DNA of 64,000 bases from an uncultured Aliarcobacter sp. (GTDB lineage: Bacteria > Campylobacterota > Campylobacteria > Campylobacterales > Arcobacteraceae). This document shows positions 1 through 13,521 of this stretch, piece by piece. The DNA lies in NCBI GenBank assembly GCA_963677435.1, contig OY781945.1, positions 2,016,001 to 2,080,000 on the forward strand. Reading direction: 5' to 3'. Both the position numbers and the translations under genes were made by a program. Under the pieces are notes generated by a model that searched no databases, was not told the origin of the DNA, and saw only the letters and a list, made by a program, of their open reading frames with translations. How positions within the stretch are numbered: position 1 is the first letter of the stretch; each line of letters opens with the position of its first letter.

Positions 1-335
1 TGAAAATTTCCTATAACTTCTTTTAAATATTTATTATAGTTTTTTTCACAAGCATATAAATAAGTCTTTGATAGGCTATTTCTTCTTAAATCTAAATATT
101 CAACAAATAGATCATCTATTTTTTTGTTAATGCTTTTAAGAGAATACCCTCTTCCCAAATTATCTAATAAATCTAATCTCATTTTATTTGCAATTTTAAG
201 AGTTATATCAGGTTCTCTACCTAATGTCTTAGTAGTGTCTTTGCCATCTTTATAAATTCTAGCAACATATACTTTTCTATTATACTTATCAACTCTATAG
301 TATAATCCCTCATATCGTGTTTTATTTAATGCCAT
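1..335 (-). CDS. Tyrosine recombinase/phage integrase, N-terminal part (runs off the left edge)
   Basis: Manual translation from ATG 335: MALNKTRYEGLYYRVDKYNRKVYVARIYKDGKDTTKTLG...KIDDLFVEYLDLRR...YNKYLK. This looks like an arm-binding beta domain followed by SAM-like helices. The catalytic domain is outside the window. Confidence 0.7.
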   Translation of the reverse strand, partial: MALNKTRYEGLYYRVDKYNRKVYVARIYKDGKDTTKTLGREPDITLKIANKMRLDLLDNLGRGYSLKSINKKIDDLFVEYLDLRRNSLSKTYLYACEKNYNKYLKEVIGNF

Positions 336-492
336 TTTTACCACCGTGTTAAAAATCACTTATTAATTAAAAATAACACAGTTTTAATACTGTTTAATAT
401 GTGATTGTATGTGTTTTAATGCGTAATTATACAATGTTTTTAGTTAACAAATGCTTTGTTTGCGGGGGTTTGTAAGTGTTTGCGTAGTTAGT

Positions 493-811
493 AGGTAAAC
501 CAATAAGCCGCGTTTTGTTTTTAAGACAATAATTTATCTAGCTACTAAATTACTTTAGTAGTCTTGCGAAGACCAAAATGTGAAGTAAATACCTAGTCTT
601 CTTGCTGCAGGTTGGGTTTACAAAGCACTTAAGATTACTCAAAAGTCTGGTAGGCTCTTACCCCACCGTTTCACCATCACCGAAAAATCGGCTGTCTATT
701 CTCTGTTGCACTATCCCTTAGGTTACCCTAGCCATTATTTAAATGGAACCACACTTCACAGCAGCCCGGACTTTCCTCTTGATTTTATTCAAGCTATTGT
801 CTGGTTTACCT
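493..811 (-). ncRNA. rnpB: RNase P RNA (type A)
   Basis: The minus strand carries the universal GAGGAAAGTCCGGGC and ACAAAACGCGGCTTA motifs. The termini AGGTAAACCAG and TTGGTTTACCT pair as helix P1. Confidence 0.95.
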
Positions 812-842
812 GGTGCGTATTATATCTTTATATTCTTAAAAT

Positions 843-1376
843 CTATTTTCTTATAACATCGTAGTTACTTGGTACTGTGAAATTAAAAATATTATCTGGA
901 ATTTCACCATTTTGAACTACATTTGAAAATTTGATTTCAACATCGTTTTCAAGTTTATCTTTATATTTTATATAATTGATTTTGTCATCATCTTTTGAAG
1001 TTTTGATTAAATAATCAACATCTTCAATTTTTGTTACATAACTATTATCATTAACTTTTTTTGAACTATTTAAAAGTTTAATAATATTTATTTCACTTTC
1101 TAGTTGAGTGAAAATTGCTTGTTCTAATTCTGGTTCATCAACAATTGCAAAATTATCATTTATATATACATTTTTTTCTACAGGAGTTTTATATTTCCAT
1201 AGAATTTTGCCACTTTTTTTAATAAATACTTCACCCTTATATTCAATTTTATTTTCAGAATTTGAAGTAATAACTTGGGTAAAGCTTGCCTTAAAACTAT
1301 CTAAATCTCTAATGTCATTTGATGCAATACATGAAATACAAAATAGTGTTGAAGCAATTATTAATTTATAAAACAT
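843..1376 (-). CDS. lolA: Outer-membrane lipoprotein carrier LolA
   Basis: Signal peptide, SFKASFTQ and G-x-I-x-W-x-Y motifs, and a typical position divergent from secA. Confidence 0.85.
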   Translation of the reverse strand: MFYKLIIASTLFCISCIASNDIRDLDSFKASFTQVITSNSENKIEYKGEVFIKKSGKILWKYKTPVEKNVYINDNFAIVDEPELEQAIFTQLESEINIIKLLNSSKKVNDNSYVTKIEDVDYLIKTSKDDDKINYIKYKDKLENDVEIKFSNVVQNGEIPDNIFNFTVPSNYDVIRK

Positions 1377-1433
1377 ATTTTAACCTTTTTTTTTATATAA
1401 TCTTAGCGATTATAACGAAAAGGAACTAATTTT

Positions 1434-4052
1434 ATGTTAAATGTTTTTTCAAAAATTTTTGGTACGAGAAACGATAGAGAAGTAAAACAATATAGAAAAA
1501 AAGTTCAAGAGATAACGGCTCTTGAAAGTAAATACGAAAATTTGAGTGACGAAGAGTTAAAAAATGAATTTAACAAGTTAAAAGAACTTGTACAAAAAGA
1601 AGAAAAATCATTAAATGATGTATTAATGGAGTCTTTTGCAATTACTAGAGAGGCTAGTAAAAGAGTTTTAAATATGAGACCTTATGATGTGCAACTAATT
1701 GGTGCAATGGTTTTACATGAGGGAAGAATTGCAGAAATGAAAACCGGTGAGGGAAAAACACTAGTTGGTTCATTGGCAGTTGCTTTAAATGCTTTAAGTG
1801 GAAAAGGCGTTCATGTTGTAACGGTAAATGATTACCTTGCAAGTAGAGATGCTAGTGAATTAGAACCTTTATACAACTTCTTAGGATTTAGTGTTGGAGC
1901 TGTAGTTGGTGGATTAAGAAATGATGAAGAAAGACGAGCTCATTACGCTTGTGATATTACTTATGGAACAAATAACGAATTTGGATTTGATTTCCTAAGA
2001 GATAATATGAATTATGATATTAATGAAAAAGTTCAAAGAGAACACAATTTCGTAATAGTAGATGAAGTTGACTCTATTTTAATTGATGAAGCAAGAACTC
2101 CTTTAATTATTTCAGGACCTACAAATCACAAAAATTCTAATTATGTAAGAGCAAATGAAATTGCTTTAAAATTAGAAAGAGGTCAATTAATTGAACCAAA
2201 AAACTCTAGTGAAAAACCTACAACTACAGGTGATTTTATTGTTGATGAAAAAAACAAAGCTGTAGTTTTAACAGAACAAGGTCATGTAAATGCTGAAAAT
2301 TTATTTGGTGTAGATAATCTTTATTCTATTGAAAATGCAATGCTTTCACATAGTTTAGACCAAGCATTAAAAGCAAACTTCATTTTTGAAAAAGATGTAG
2401 ATTATGTTGTAAAAGATAATACAGTAGTTATTGTTGATGAATTTACAGGAAGACTCAGTGAAGGAAGAAGATTTAGTGAGGGTTTACATCAAGCTTTAGA
2501 AGCTAAAGAAGGTGTTTCTATTCAAGATGAATCACAAACTTTAGCAGATATTACTTTCCAAAATTATTTTAGAATGTACAAAAAACTAGCTGGTATGACA
2601 GGAACTGCACAAACAGAAGCAACAGAGTTTGCTGAAATTTATAACTTAGATGTTGTATCAATTCCTACAAATGTTCCTGTTCAAAGAATAGATAAAAATG
2701 ACTTAATTTATAAAAGTGAAAAAGAGAAGTTCGAAGCTGTTTGTAATAAAATCAAACAATTCCATGAAAAAGGTCAACCAGTTCTTGTTGGAACTGCTTC
2801 TATTGAAAAATCAGAAAAATTACATGAAATTTTAGTTCATAAAAAAATTCCTCATACAGTTTTAAATGCTAAACAACATGAAAAAGAGGGAAAAATCATC
2901 GCTGATGCTGGTCAAAAAGGTGCAGTTACAATTGCCACAAATATGGCAGGAAGGGGAGTTGATATTAAACTTACTCAAGAAATTCTTGATCTTGGTGGAT
3001 TGGCAATTATTGGAACAGAAAGACATGAATCTAGAAGAATTGATAACCAATTAAGAGGAAGAGCTGGTCGTCAAGGTGATGTGGGTGAATCACAATTTTA
3101 TTTATCACTTGAAGATAATCTTTTAAGAATTTTTGGAAGTGATAAAATCAAAGGGATTATGGAAAGACTTGGTATTGAAGAAGGTGAGCATATCGAATCT
3201 AGAATGGTTACAAGAGCTGTTGAGAATGCTCAGAAAAAAGTTGAATCAATGCACTTTGAATCAAGAAAACATCTATTAGAATATGATGATGTTGCAAACC
3301 AACAAAGAAAAGTAATCTACTCATTTAGAAATGATTTATTAAAACCTGATTTTGATATAGATTCTAAACTTGATGAAAATAGACTTGAATATGTACAAAA
3401 TTTATTATCAAATGCAAATATCATAAATGGAATGCCAAGCGAAGATTTCGATTATGAGTTTGTAAGAGTTAAATTAGAAGAAGAGCTAAGACTTGTTATA
3501 AATATTGAAGATATTAAAAGTGAATCATACGAAGATATTGAAAATAAATTAGCCTTTATTTTAAAAGATGTTTATACAAATAAAATGGCAATGGCTGCAA
3601 CTGAACAAAAAAATGAAATTGAAAGAATCCTTTATTTACAAATTTTAGATAATGCATGGAGAGAACATTTATACTCAATGGATACATTAAAAGCAGGTAT
3701 TGGACTTAGAGGATATAACCAAAAAGATCCTTTAGTTGAGTACAAAAAAGAGTCTTATAATATGTTTATTGAACTAATTGCAAATATTAAAAATGAAATC
3801 ATTAAAATTTTATTTACAATTCAATTACAAAGTAATGAAGATAAACAAAAAGAACAAGAAGCAATTGCTAGAATGAAAGAGCAAATGGAAGAATCAACAG
3901 AACATATCACAACAAATGTTGCCCAAGAAGCCGTAAGAAATAGCGATAGAAAAATTGCTAGAAATGAAGATTGTCCTTGTGGTAGTGGTTTAAAATACAA
4001 ACATTGTTGTGGAAAAAGTGGTCCAAAAATTGGTCTAGCTGCAGGAAACTAA
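1434..4052 (+). CDS. secA: Preprotein translocase SecA
   Basis: MKTGEGKT Walker [20 protein letters not shown], and a C-terminal SEC-C motif [14 protein letters not shown]. Confidence 0.99.
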   Translation: MLNVFSKIFGTRNDREVKQYRKKVQEITALESKYENLSDEELKNEFNKLKELVQKEEKSLNDVLMESFAITREASKRVLNMRPYDVQLIGAMVLHEGRIAEMKTGEGKTLVGSLAVALNALSGKGVHVVTVNDYLASRDASELEPLYNFLGFSVGAVVGGLRNDEERRAHYACDITYGTNNEFGFDFLRDNMNYDINEKVQREHNFVIVDEVDSILIDEARTPLIISGPTNHKNSNYVRANEIALKLERGQLIEPKNSSEKPTTTGDFIVDEKNKAVVLTEQGHVNAENLFGVDNLYSIENAMLSHSLDQALKANFIFEKDVDYVVKDNTVVIVDEFTGRLSEGRRFSEGLHQALEAKEGVSIQDESQTLADITFQNYFRMYKKLAGMTGTAQTEATEFAEIYNLDVVSIPTNVPVQRIDKNDLIYKSEKEKFEAVCNKIKQFHEKGQPVLVGTASIEKSEKLHEILVHKKIPHTVLNAKQHEKEGKIIADAGQKGAVTIATNMAGRGVDIKLTQEILDLGGLAIIGTERHESRRIDNQLRGRAGRQGDVGESQFYLSLEDNLLRIFGSDKIKGIMERLGIEEGEHIESRMVTRAVENAQKKVESMHFESRKHLLEYDDVANQQRKVIYSFRNDLLKPDFDIDSKLDENRLEYVQNLLSNANIINGMPSEDFDYEFVRVKLEEELRLVINIEDIKSESYEDIENKLAFILKDVYTNKMAMAATEQKNEIERILYLQILDNAWREHLYSMDTLKAGIGLRGYNQKDPLVEYKKESYNMFIELIANIKNEIIKILFTIQLQSNEDKQKEQEAIARMKEQMEESTEHITTNVAQEAVRNSDRKIARNEDCPCGSGLKYKHCCGKSGPKIGLAAGN

Positions 4053-4053
4053 T

Positions 4054-5259
4054 TTGAATAAAAAATTAGTAAATTTTATTGTAAAAAAATATTTAAGATT
4101 TGATAAAAAAAATCCTTTTATATCTATAAGTGCTATTTTGGCATTTATAGGTGTTTCTATTGGTGTTATGGTTTTAATACTATCTATGTCTATTATGAAT
4201 GGAACAGCAAAAGAGTTTGAAAAAAAACTTTTTACTATGAATTACCCATTAACAATTTTTCCAAAATTTAGTAGTGTTCCTTTAGATGAAAATATGTTAG
4301 AGGAACTTCAAAAAAAATTTACTCATCTGAAATTTTCTCCATTTATTTCATCACAAGCAATTATTCAAAATGGTGAAACAATGAGTGGAGGTATGATTTT
4401 TGGAATTATCCCTGAAAAAGAAGCTCAGATAAACCCTATTTATAAAGAAGCATTAGGAAATCTAAAACTTGATAAGTATGATGTTATTACAGGTTCTGGA
4501 ATATCTGATAAATTATTTTTAAATCCAGGAACTAAGGCAACTTTGTATTTTACAGAGCTTAATCCAACTGGTTTTTCAATGATGCCAAAAATGAAAAGAT
4601 TTACTTATGCAAATTCTTTTACATCAGGATTAAATGCTTATGACAAAGCTTATATGTATACTTCACTGGAAGCCTTACAAACTTTACTAAAAAAAGAAGA
4701 TAACTCTTATGATGGTATTCATGTTTATTCTGAAGATGCTTTTGTAGATATAGAAAAATTAAAATCTTATCTTGGAAATAAATTTTCTATAATTGGATGG
4801 TGGCAACAAAATGGTAACTTCTTTGCTGCAATGAAAATGGAAAAAACTGCTTTATTTATTGTATTGATGCTTATTATTTTAGTTGCTTCATTAAATATTA
4901 TTTCATCATTATTAATGACAGTAATGAGTAGAAGAAAAGAGATTGCCCTACTTTTATCAATGGGTGCTACAAGTAAAGAGATAAAATCAATATTCCTAAG
5001 AGTTGGTACAATTATTGGTTTTTCTGGAATTCTAACAGGAATTGTTTTAGGATTTTTTGGCTTTTGGTTATTAAATAATTTTGATATTGTAACTCTTCCT
5101 GCTGATGTTTATGGAAGTTCAAAATTACCACTTGATTTAGCAATGAGCGATTTTATTTCTATTGTTGTTGGTGCAATTATAATTGTACTTATTTCATCGT
5201 ATTACCCAGCTTCTAAAGCTACTAAGATTGATGTTATTGATGTTTTAAGAAATGAATAA
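4054..5259 (+). CDS. Lipoprotein-releasing ABC transporter permease (LolC/E family)
   Basis: MacB/FtsX-type topology with the RRKEIALLLSMGA motif. TTG start. Confidence 0.88.
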   Translation: MNKKLVNFIVKKYLRFDKKNPFISISAILAFIGVSIGVMVLILSMSIMNGTAKEFEKKLFTMNYPLTIFPKFSSVPLDENMLEELQKKFTHLKFSPFISSQAIIQNGETMSGGMIFGIIPEKEAQINPIYKEALGNLKLDKYDVITGSGISDKLFLNPGTKATLYFTELNPTGFSMMPKMKRFTYANSFTSGLNAYDKAYMYTSLEALQTLLKKEDNSYDGIHVYSEDAFVDIEKLKSYLGNKFSIIGWWQQNGNFFAAMKMEKTALFIVLMLIILVASLNIISSLLMTVMSRRKEIALLLSMGATSKEIKSIFLRVGTIIGFSGILTGIVLGFFGFWLLNNFDIVTLPADVYGSSKLPLDLAMSDFISIVVGAIIIVLISSYYPASKATKIDVIDVLRNE

Positions 5260-5263
5260 GCTT

Positions 5264-8206
5264 TTATTTTAAAGGCTTATTTATTTCATTCTCTTTTGTT
5301 TTTTCTTCTTCTTTTGAATCACCAGTTATATAATCCAAAAGTTTAGCAGGTGAAGTTAATATTCTTTTTCCTATATTCATAGGTACGCTAATTGTATCTT
5401 TTGTTAGGTTTGTTGATATCTCTGGATTATCTAAAGTTCCTTTTATATTAACTTCTGTTTCAACTCTGTTGTTATCACCTAATAAAACATAATTTAAAAC
5501 AGGAATCATTCCAACAATTTTTGAATAATCTTTTAAAAATATAAGTTTGATATTTGAATTTATTTCTAAAGTATTTAAATTAACTTGCCCACTTCCATCA
5601 AAATCTATACCATTTCCAACTGTAATAAATTTTTTAATATCTAACAAAGCTTTCTCTTTACTATAATTAAATTCAATATTTCCATTAACAATTTTATAAG
5701 CTAATAGATTAAATCCTGAATTTGTAGCCATTCCTACAACTGAAGGAATAGCTAGAAATGGATTTATTAATGCTGGTGATGTTTGAATAAACAATAAAAG
5801 ATTATTCAAAATAGCTAAATCACTTATATTTGCATCTGTGATAATTATTTTACCATTTAAATTATTCATATCTCCACTTGCATGTAAAAGTACATTTCCA
5901 CCTTTAAATACCTGTTTATCGAAAATACTATTTATAAATTCATCATTCATATTATTTGAAAAAATATCTATTTTTTTATCTTTTGATTCTTTAAAAGTAA
6001 AATTTGTTTCTTTATGATTTAAACTTATAAACTTACTATCAGGTCTAACTTTTATTTCAAAATTATCAGCTAAAAATTTATATTTATCATTCAAAATAAT
6101 ATTTGAATTTTTACCTTTAAGATCTATTTCTTTATATTTAATTTCATCATTACTATTATCAGTTTTAGAATAATAAAGATTATATCCATCAACATGCAAT
6201 GATAAAGAGTCTTTTTTTAACTCTAAGTTTAAATCTTTTTCTTTTGTTTGAATTAATGTGATATTATTTTTTATATTTCCAATTAAACTTAAGTTTTCAA
6301 CTTTTTCATTGTTTTTTCTAATTGGTAAATCAAGATTTTTCACATCTGCTTCAAAATCTATAGCTTTATTTTCAATTTGTATTTTTGCATTTTTTAAATG
6401 ATAAATATCATTATCAATTTTTAATCTACTATTAGTAAGATTAATATTCATATCTCTTTCTAATCCACTCTCTTTTAGTTTTGGATCTAAAATAACATCA
6501 ATATTTTTTAGAAATATATTTAATTTATCAGCTATTTGTATTTTTATATTTTCATCTTTTGAAATAATAGTTACCTTGTCTTTTTCAATTTTTCCAGTTA
6601 TATCAAGGGAATTAATATTTTTATCATCTTTTTGAATAGGAAAATTAAAACCTTTTATAAACGCATCAAAACTTATATTATTTTCATCTTTAATTTGTAA
6701 ATTAATATTTCCTTCATTAATTGAAATATCTTTTAAAAGTTTTGAATAAGGATATATTTTTGATAAATCATCAATATTTACATATACTAAATCAGAAACT
6801 TTTACTTTAGTACCTAAATCTTTTAATGAAATATTTACCTCTTTATTAAAATCTAAGGTAATAGGAGTTTTTTTGTTTTTTATATCTAAAATATCTGTAT
6901 CTTTACCCTCTTTTATTAAAAAAGATTTAATATTGGCTTCACCTTGAGATTTTAATGTTTTTGTATTTAACTCTAAATTTACAACTGAATCTATCATACT
7001 TTTGTATTTAAAATCACTATCTTTTATTTTAATTAATGAATCATCTAATACAACTTCAGCTTTTTTACTATAAAAAGTGAAATCATTTATAGAAATTTGA
7101 GCATCATCTACAAAAAAATCACCATGAATTGACATATCTTTGGAATCTTCATATGGAAACTTCATTAATAAAGAGGCTTGTGTAGTTCCTGTTTTTTGAA
7201 CTAAAGGAAGATTTATTTTATATGCTTTTAAAATATCTAAAATATCTTTATCTAATTTACTATTTGCATTTATAAATACATCTACTTCTCCATTTGCAGC
7301 ACTTGTTAAATTATGAATACTTACATAACTACCATCAAGTTTTTTATCTTTATAAGTAGGTTCAATTAAATTTAAATCTAATTTATTATTTTTAAAAGAG
7401 ATATCTAAACTTTTTGTATTAATTACATCTACATCTTTATGAAATCTAATTTTTGCACCTTTGATTTGTGCTTTACCTTGAATTGAATCTTCAATAATAT
7501 GATTATTTTCCAAATCATATTCAGCATATAATTCTTTAATTTGAAAATCACCTTCGACATTATCATACATCCAAGACTCAGCAATCGCAGGTAAATCTAT
7601 AATATTTTTTAAAAATTTTATATTTTTAAAATGCTCACTTTCTAAATAAACTTTCGCTAATTTTTTTGTCATTTCAACATTAATATTACTTTGTAAGTCT
7701 TGATAATATACTTTTCCATAGTAATTTAATTTTTCATTAAAATAATCAACTTTTATTTTTCCATCAAACATTACATCAGCATCTTTTAAATATAAAGAAT
7801 AAAGCTCAAACACCACTTGATTCGATATTGTATCAATCTTTGAAGCAATATTAATATATTTATTATCTAAATAAAAAATTTCATCATTTAAAACTATTTC
7901 AAACTCATTATCCCCAATTTTTAACTTATCAATTTTTATTTTTTCAAAGAATTTCAAAACCTTAGGAAGTAGTTCTATATTCTTTTTTAACTCTACAAAA
8001 GAATTACTTTTTTCAACTTTATTTGATTTATATTCGATATTTCCAACATTCAAAATAAGTTTTTTATCCATTTTAATATAGAATTGCGAAACCAAAATAT
8101 TTGAAAAAGAAAAAGAGTTGATTTTTATGCCCCAATACAGAAACGAAAAGAATGATATTATTAATAAAAAAAAGAAGAGGAAAGCGAATTTAATCGTTTT
8201 TAACAT
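5264..8206 (-). CDS. YhdP/AsmA-like (DUF3971) envelope protein
   Basis: N-terminal TM anchor, long beta-rich body and an AsmA-like C-terminus (IPVLNYVLLG...IKGTLDNPEI). Confidence 0.75.
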   Translation of the reverse strand: MLKTIKFAFLFFFLLIISFFSFLYWGIKINSFSFSNILVSQFYIKMDKKLILNVGNIEYKSNKVEKSNSFVELKKNIELLPKVLKFFEKIKIDKLKIGDNEFEIVLNDEIFYLDNKYINIASKIDTISNQVVFELYSLYLKDADVMFDGKIKVDYFNEKLNYYGKVYYQDLQSNINVEMTKKLAKVYLESEHFKNIKFLKNIIDLPAIAESWMYDNVEGDFQIKELYAEYDLENNHIIEDSIQGKAQIKGAKIRFHKDVDVINTKSLDISFKNNKLDLNLIEPTYKDKKLDGSYVSIHNLTSAANGEVDVFINANSKLDKDILDILKAYKINLPLVQKTGTTQASLLMKFPYEDSKDMSIHGDFFVDDAQISINDFTFYSKKAEVVLDDSLIKIKDSDFKYKSMIDSVVNLELNTKTLKSQGEANIKSFLIKEGKDTDILDIKNKKTPITLDFNKEVNISLKDLGTKVKVSDLVYVNIDDLSKIYPYSKLLKDISINEGNINLQIKDENNISFDAFIKGFNFPIQKDDKNINSLDITGKIEKDKVTIISKDENIKIQIADKLNIFLKNIDVILDPKLKESGLERDMNINLTNSRLKIDNDIYHLKNAKIQIENKAIDFEADVKNLDLPIRKNNEKVENLSLIGNIKNNITLIQTKEKDLNLELKKDSLSLHVDGYNLYYSKTDNSNDEIKYKEIDLKGKNSNIILNDKYKFLADNFEIKVRPDSKFISLNHKETNFTFKESKDKKIDIFSNNMNDEFINSIFDKQVFKGGNVLLHASGDMNNLNGKIIITDANISDLAILNNLLLFIQTSPALINPFLAIPSVVGMATNSGFNLLAYKIVNGNIEFNYSKEKALLDIKKFITVGNGIDFDGSGQVNLNTLEINSNIKLIFLKDYSKIVGMIPVLNYVLLGDNNRVETEVNIKGTLDNPEISTNLTKDTISVPMNIGKRILTSPAKLLDYITGDSKEEEKTKENEINKPLK

Positions 8207-9248
8207 TATAAATTTTGTCCTTGTTTGTTTGATTGTTGTGTTGTATTATGTAACTATGCCAATAAATTCTACGAAGGTATTATATATTCCAAAAGGCAGT
8301 ACTAGTTATATTATATCATACTTAAATAAAAATGGTTTTGATTTGAATGTTGTTGATGAATTTGTTATAAAAGCGTCTGGTTATGTTCAAAGTGGTTGGA
8401 TTGATATAAATCAAAACAGATTAACAAGAATGGATTTTATTTATAAATTAATAACATCAAAAGCTGCTCTTAAAAATATAACTTTGATTCCAGGAGAAAC
8501 TTCATATGTCTTTTTAAAAAAATTAGCTAATGAATTTAATCTTTCTGAAGAGAAGTTAACTCAATTATATAATCAATACGCATATAAGTTGGATGGAAAT
8601 ATTTTAGCAGATACTTATTCATTACCACTTGGAATGAAAGAAGACTATATGATTTTTTATCTTTTTTCACAAACAAACAAAAAATATGAAGAGTTCTCTA
8701 AAAAGATATTCGGTTATTATGATAAAAGAAAGTGGTTCAATTATTTAAGTTTAGCTTCTGTTATACAAAAAGAAGCAGCAACAACAAATGAAATGCCAAT
8801 TGTTGCAAGTGTAGTTCATAATAGACTAAAAAAAGGTATGAAACTTCAAATGGATGGAACTTTAAATTATGGTATATATTCAAATACTGTAGTTACAGCT
8901 GACAGAATCAGAGATGACAATACTACATATAATACTTACAAGGTAACTGGACTTCCAACAAATCCTATTTGTGCTGTTAGTTTAGATGCAATAAAAGCAG
9001 CAATTTTCCCCGTAAAAAGTGATTATATCTATTTTGTAAGAGATAATAAAACAGGTCTTCATAAATTTGCATCAACTTTTGAAGCACATCAAGCTAATAT
9101 AAGAGCAAATATTGGTGTTGAAAAAACATATACAAAAGTTAAAGATGATGAAACATTGATTGACGCAGAAGCTGAAACTATTATGAAAACAGATGTTACA
9201 AAACAAAAACCTTCATCAATCAAAGATTTATTTAATAATGTAAATTAA
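8127..9248 (+). CDS. mltG: Endolytic transglycosylase MltG
   Basis: ASVIQKEA, NRLKKGMKLQMDGT and YNTYKVTGLP motifs. The start is uncertain (TTG 8118 or ATG 8127). Confidence 0.92.
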   Translation: MPQYRNEKNDIINKKKKRKANLIVFNIINFVLVCLIVVLYYVTMPINSTKVLYIPKGSTSYIISYLNKNGFDLNVVDEFVIKASGYVQSGWIDINQNRLTRMDFIYKLITSKAALKNITLIPGETSYVFLKKLANEFNLSEEKLTQLYNQYAYKLDGNILADTYSLPLGMKEDYMIFYLFSQTNKKYEEFSKKIFGYYDKRKWFNYLSLASVIQKEAATTNEMPIVASVVHNRLKKGMKLQMDGTLNYGIYSNTVVTADRIRDDNTTYNTYKVTGLPTNPICAVSLDAIKAAIFPVKSDYIYFVRDNKTGLHKFASTFEAHQANIRANIGVEKTYTKVKDDETLIDAEAETIMKTDVTKQKPSSIKDLFNNVN

Positions 9249-9254
9249 CCCAAT

Positions 9255-11563
<2,309 letters not shown>

Positions 11564-11577
11564 TTTAATCTATATTT

Positions 11578-11603
11578 AAAAGAGAAGATTTTTCTTCTCT
11601 TTT
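11578..11603 (+). terminator. Rho-independent terminator after icd
   Basis: AAAAGAGAAGA-TTTT-TCTTCTCTTTT hairpin. Confidence 0.7.
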
Positions 11604-11752
11604 ACTCTTTTTTCTTCTAAATTCAAAAATCTATTTTAAATACAACATAAATAAAAAATCACACTCATTTTCCTAAACAATTTATAACACTTCTTTAGAT
11701 AAAATATTGCCCTTTATGAAAGCAAATAAAAACTAGTAATTAGGTTGAAAAT

Positions 11753-12160
11753 ATGAAAGTAGTTACAGGAGTAGTTGGTAACGATATACATGTAGTTGCA
11801 AATAGACTTATTGATATATCACTACAAGCAAGAGGCTTTGAAGTGTTTAATCTTGGTGTTAATACATATCTTGAAGAGTTTATTGATGCAGTTATTGAAA
11901 CAAATGCAGATGTATTACTTATTTCATCATTAAATGGTGAAGCAGAAGGATGGTGTAGGGAACTTGGCATTTTAAAATCAAAATATAAAAATTTAAAAGA
12001 TGTAGTTTTTATGATAGGTGGAAACTTAGCAGTTGGAGAAGGTGATGCAAGTGTTCTTGTTCCAAAATTCAAAAACTATGGTTTTGATTTAGTATTTCAT
12101 CAAGTTGACTTAAACAGTGGTCTTGATGAATTAGAAAAATACTTGAGGGAGAAAAAATGA
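11753..12160 (+). CDS. mamA: Glutamate (methylaspartate) mutase S subunit, B12-binding
   Basis: DxHxx(A) cobalamin ligand motif NDIHVVAN, SSLNG and GGNL. Lies directly upstream of the E subunit. Confidence 0.9.
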   Translation: MKVVTGVVGNDIHVVANRLIDISLQARGFEVFNLGVNTYLEEFIDAVIETNADVLLISSLNGEAEGWCRELGILKSKYKNLKDVVFMIGGNLAVGEGDASVLVPKFKNYGFDLVFHQVDLNSGLDELEKYLREKK

Positions 12161-13521
12161 GTTTACTTCAAGAAGAAAGAAACATAATTGTTCAAAATAA
12201 ATATGCAGATAATTTTGATTTTGCAGAGATTGAAGAGTTTATAAAAAACGCTTCAAAAAATCTATTTATTTCACATCATTTTAAAAACAAAAAAAAGATG
12301 TTAGTTCAACCAAGAGGTGGATTTCCAACTTATAAAAAAATGTTTTCACTTTATGAATTTTTCGTAGATGCAAATGTTGATGTATTACCTTGTACAATTG
12401 ATTCAAATACAAGATTAAATGACTATGCAACAAGTGCTAAAATGTTAAAACTTTCAGAAGAGAATGAAGTTGATATGTTAAATGGTTACCCACTTGTAAA
12501 TCATGGATATAGAACATCTAGAAAAATGATGACTCACTTTGATAAACCAATTTCATTAAGACACGGAACTCCTGATGCTAGACTTTTAATTGAAACAGCA
12601 TTGGCTTCTGGTATTTTTGAAATAGAGGGTGGTCCAATTACTTACCTTTTACCCTACTCTAAAAACTTTCCATTAGATAAAGCATTTATGTATTGGAAAT
12701 ATGTAGAAAGAATCTGTGCAAACTATTCAAAACTAAATGAACCAATCAATAGAGAATCATTTGGACCATTAACAGCAACTCTAGTTCCTCCTTGTATTAC
12801 AATAGTAATTCAACTTTGCGAAATGCTTTTATCACTTGAAGAGGGTGTAAAATCTTTTTCTGTTTCATTCTCACAAACAGGTTCAATGATTCAAGATATA
12901 GTTACAGCAAATGTTTTAAGAAAAATGGCAAAACATTATGCTGAACAAATTGGATGTGGTGATGCTATGATAAATCTAGTATATCATCAATGGATGGGAG
13001 CGTTTCCATCAAATAAAGATTATTCTGAGTCATTAATTAATACTTCAACTGTAATTGCGTCAATGGTGCGAGCTGATAAAATCATCACAAAAACAAGAGA
13101 TGAAGCTTTTGGTATTCCTACACGTGAATCAAATGCAAAAACAGTTGCAAATACACAATATACTCTAAGAATGTTACAAGGTATTCCAAACATTACAGAT
13201 GAACAAGAAGAAGAGATAGTAACAAGTGAAGTAATGGCTATTATGGAAGCTGTATTTAACGATAAAGCTGACACTTTATGGAGAAAAGTATTTAACTGTA
13301 TAAAATCAGGAATCATTGATGTTCCATATTCTCCACATATTATCAATCACAATGAAGTAGTAACTGTAAGAGATAAAAATAAAAACATCAGAATTATCAA
13401 AAAAGGAAATCTTCCAATTAGTGATAGATGTTTTGAATATGAAAAGGCACAATGTGACTTAAACAAAGATGCTTCATCAATAGTAAACGATATAATCCAT
13501 GATATAGGAATTATGCAATGA
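12157..13521 (+). CDS. glmE: Glutamate (methylaspartate) mutase E subunit
   Basis: QPRGG, TIDSNTR, LNGYPLVNHG, RHGTPDAR, EGGPITYLLPYSK and NRESFGPLT motifs. Confidence 0.92.
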   Translation: MSLLQEERNIIVQNKYADNFDFAEIEEFIKNASKNLFISHHFKNKKKMLVQPRGGFPTYKKMFSLYEFFVDANVDVLPCTIDSNTRLNDYATSAKMLKLSEENEVDMLNGYPLVNHGYRTSRKMMTHFDKPISLRHGTPDARLLIETALASGIFEIEGGPITYLLPYSKNFPLDKAFMYWKYVERICANYSKLNEPINRESFGPLTATLVPPCITIVIQLCEMLLSLEEGVKSFSVSFSQTGSMIQDIVTANVLRKMAKHYAEQIGCGDAMINLVYHQWMGAFPSNKDYSESLINTSTVIASMVRADKIITKTRDEAFGIPTRESNAKTVANTQYTLRMLQGIPNITDEQEEEIVTSEVMAIMEAVFNDKADTLWRKVFNCIKSGIIDVPYSPHIINHNEVVTVRDKNKNIRIIKKGNLPISDRCFEYEKAQCDLNKDASSIVNDIIHDIGIMQ

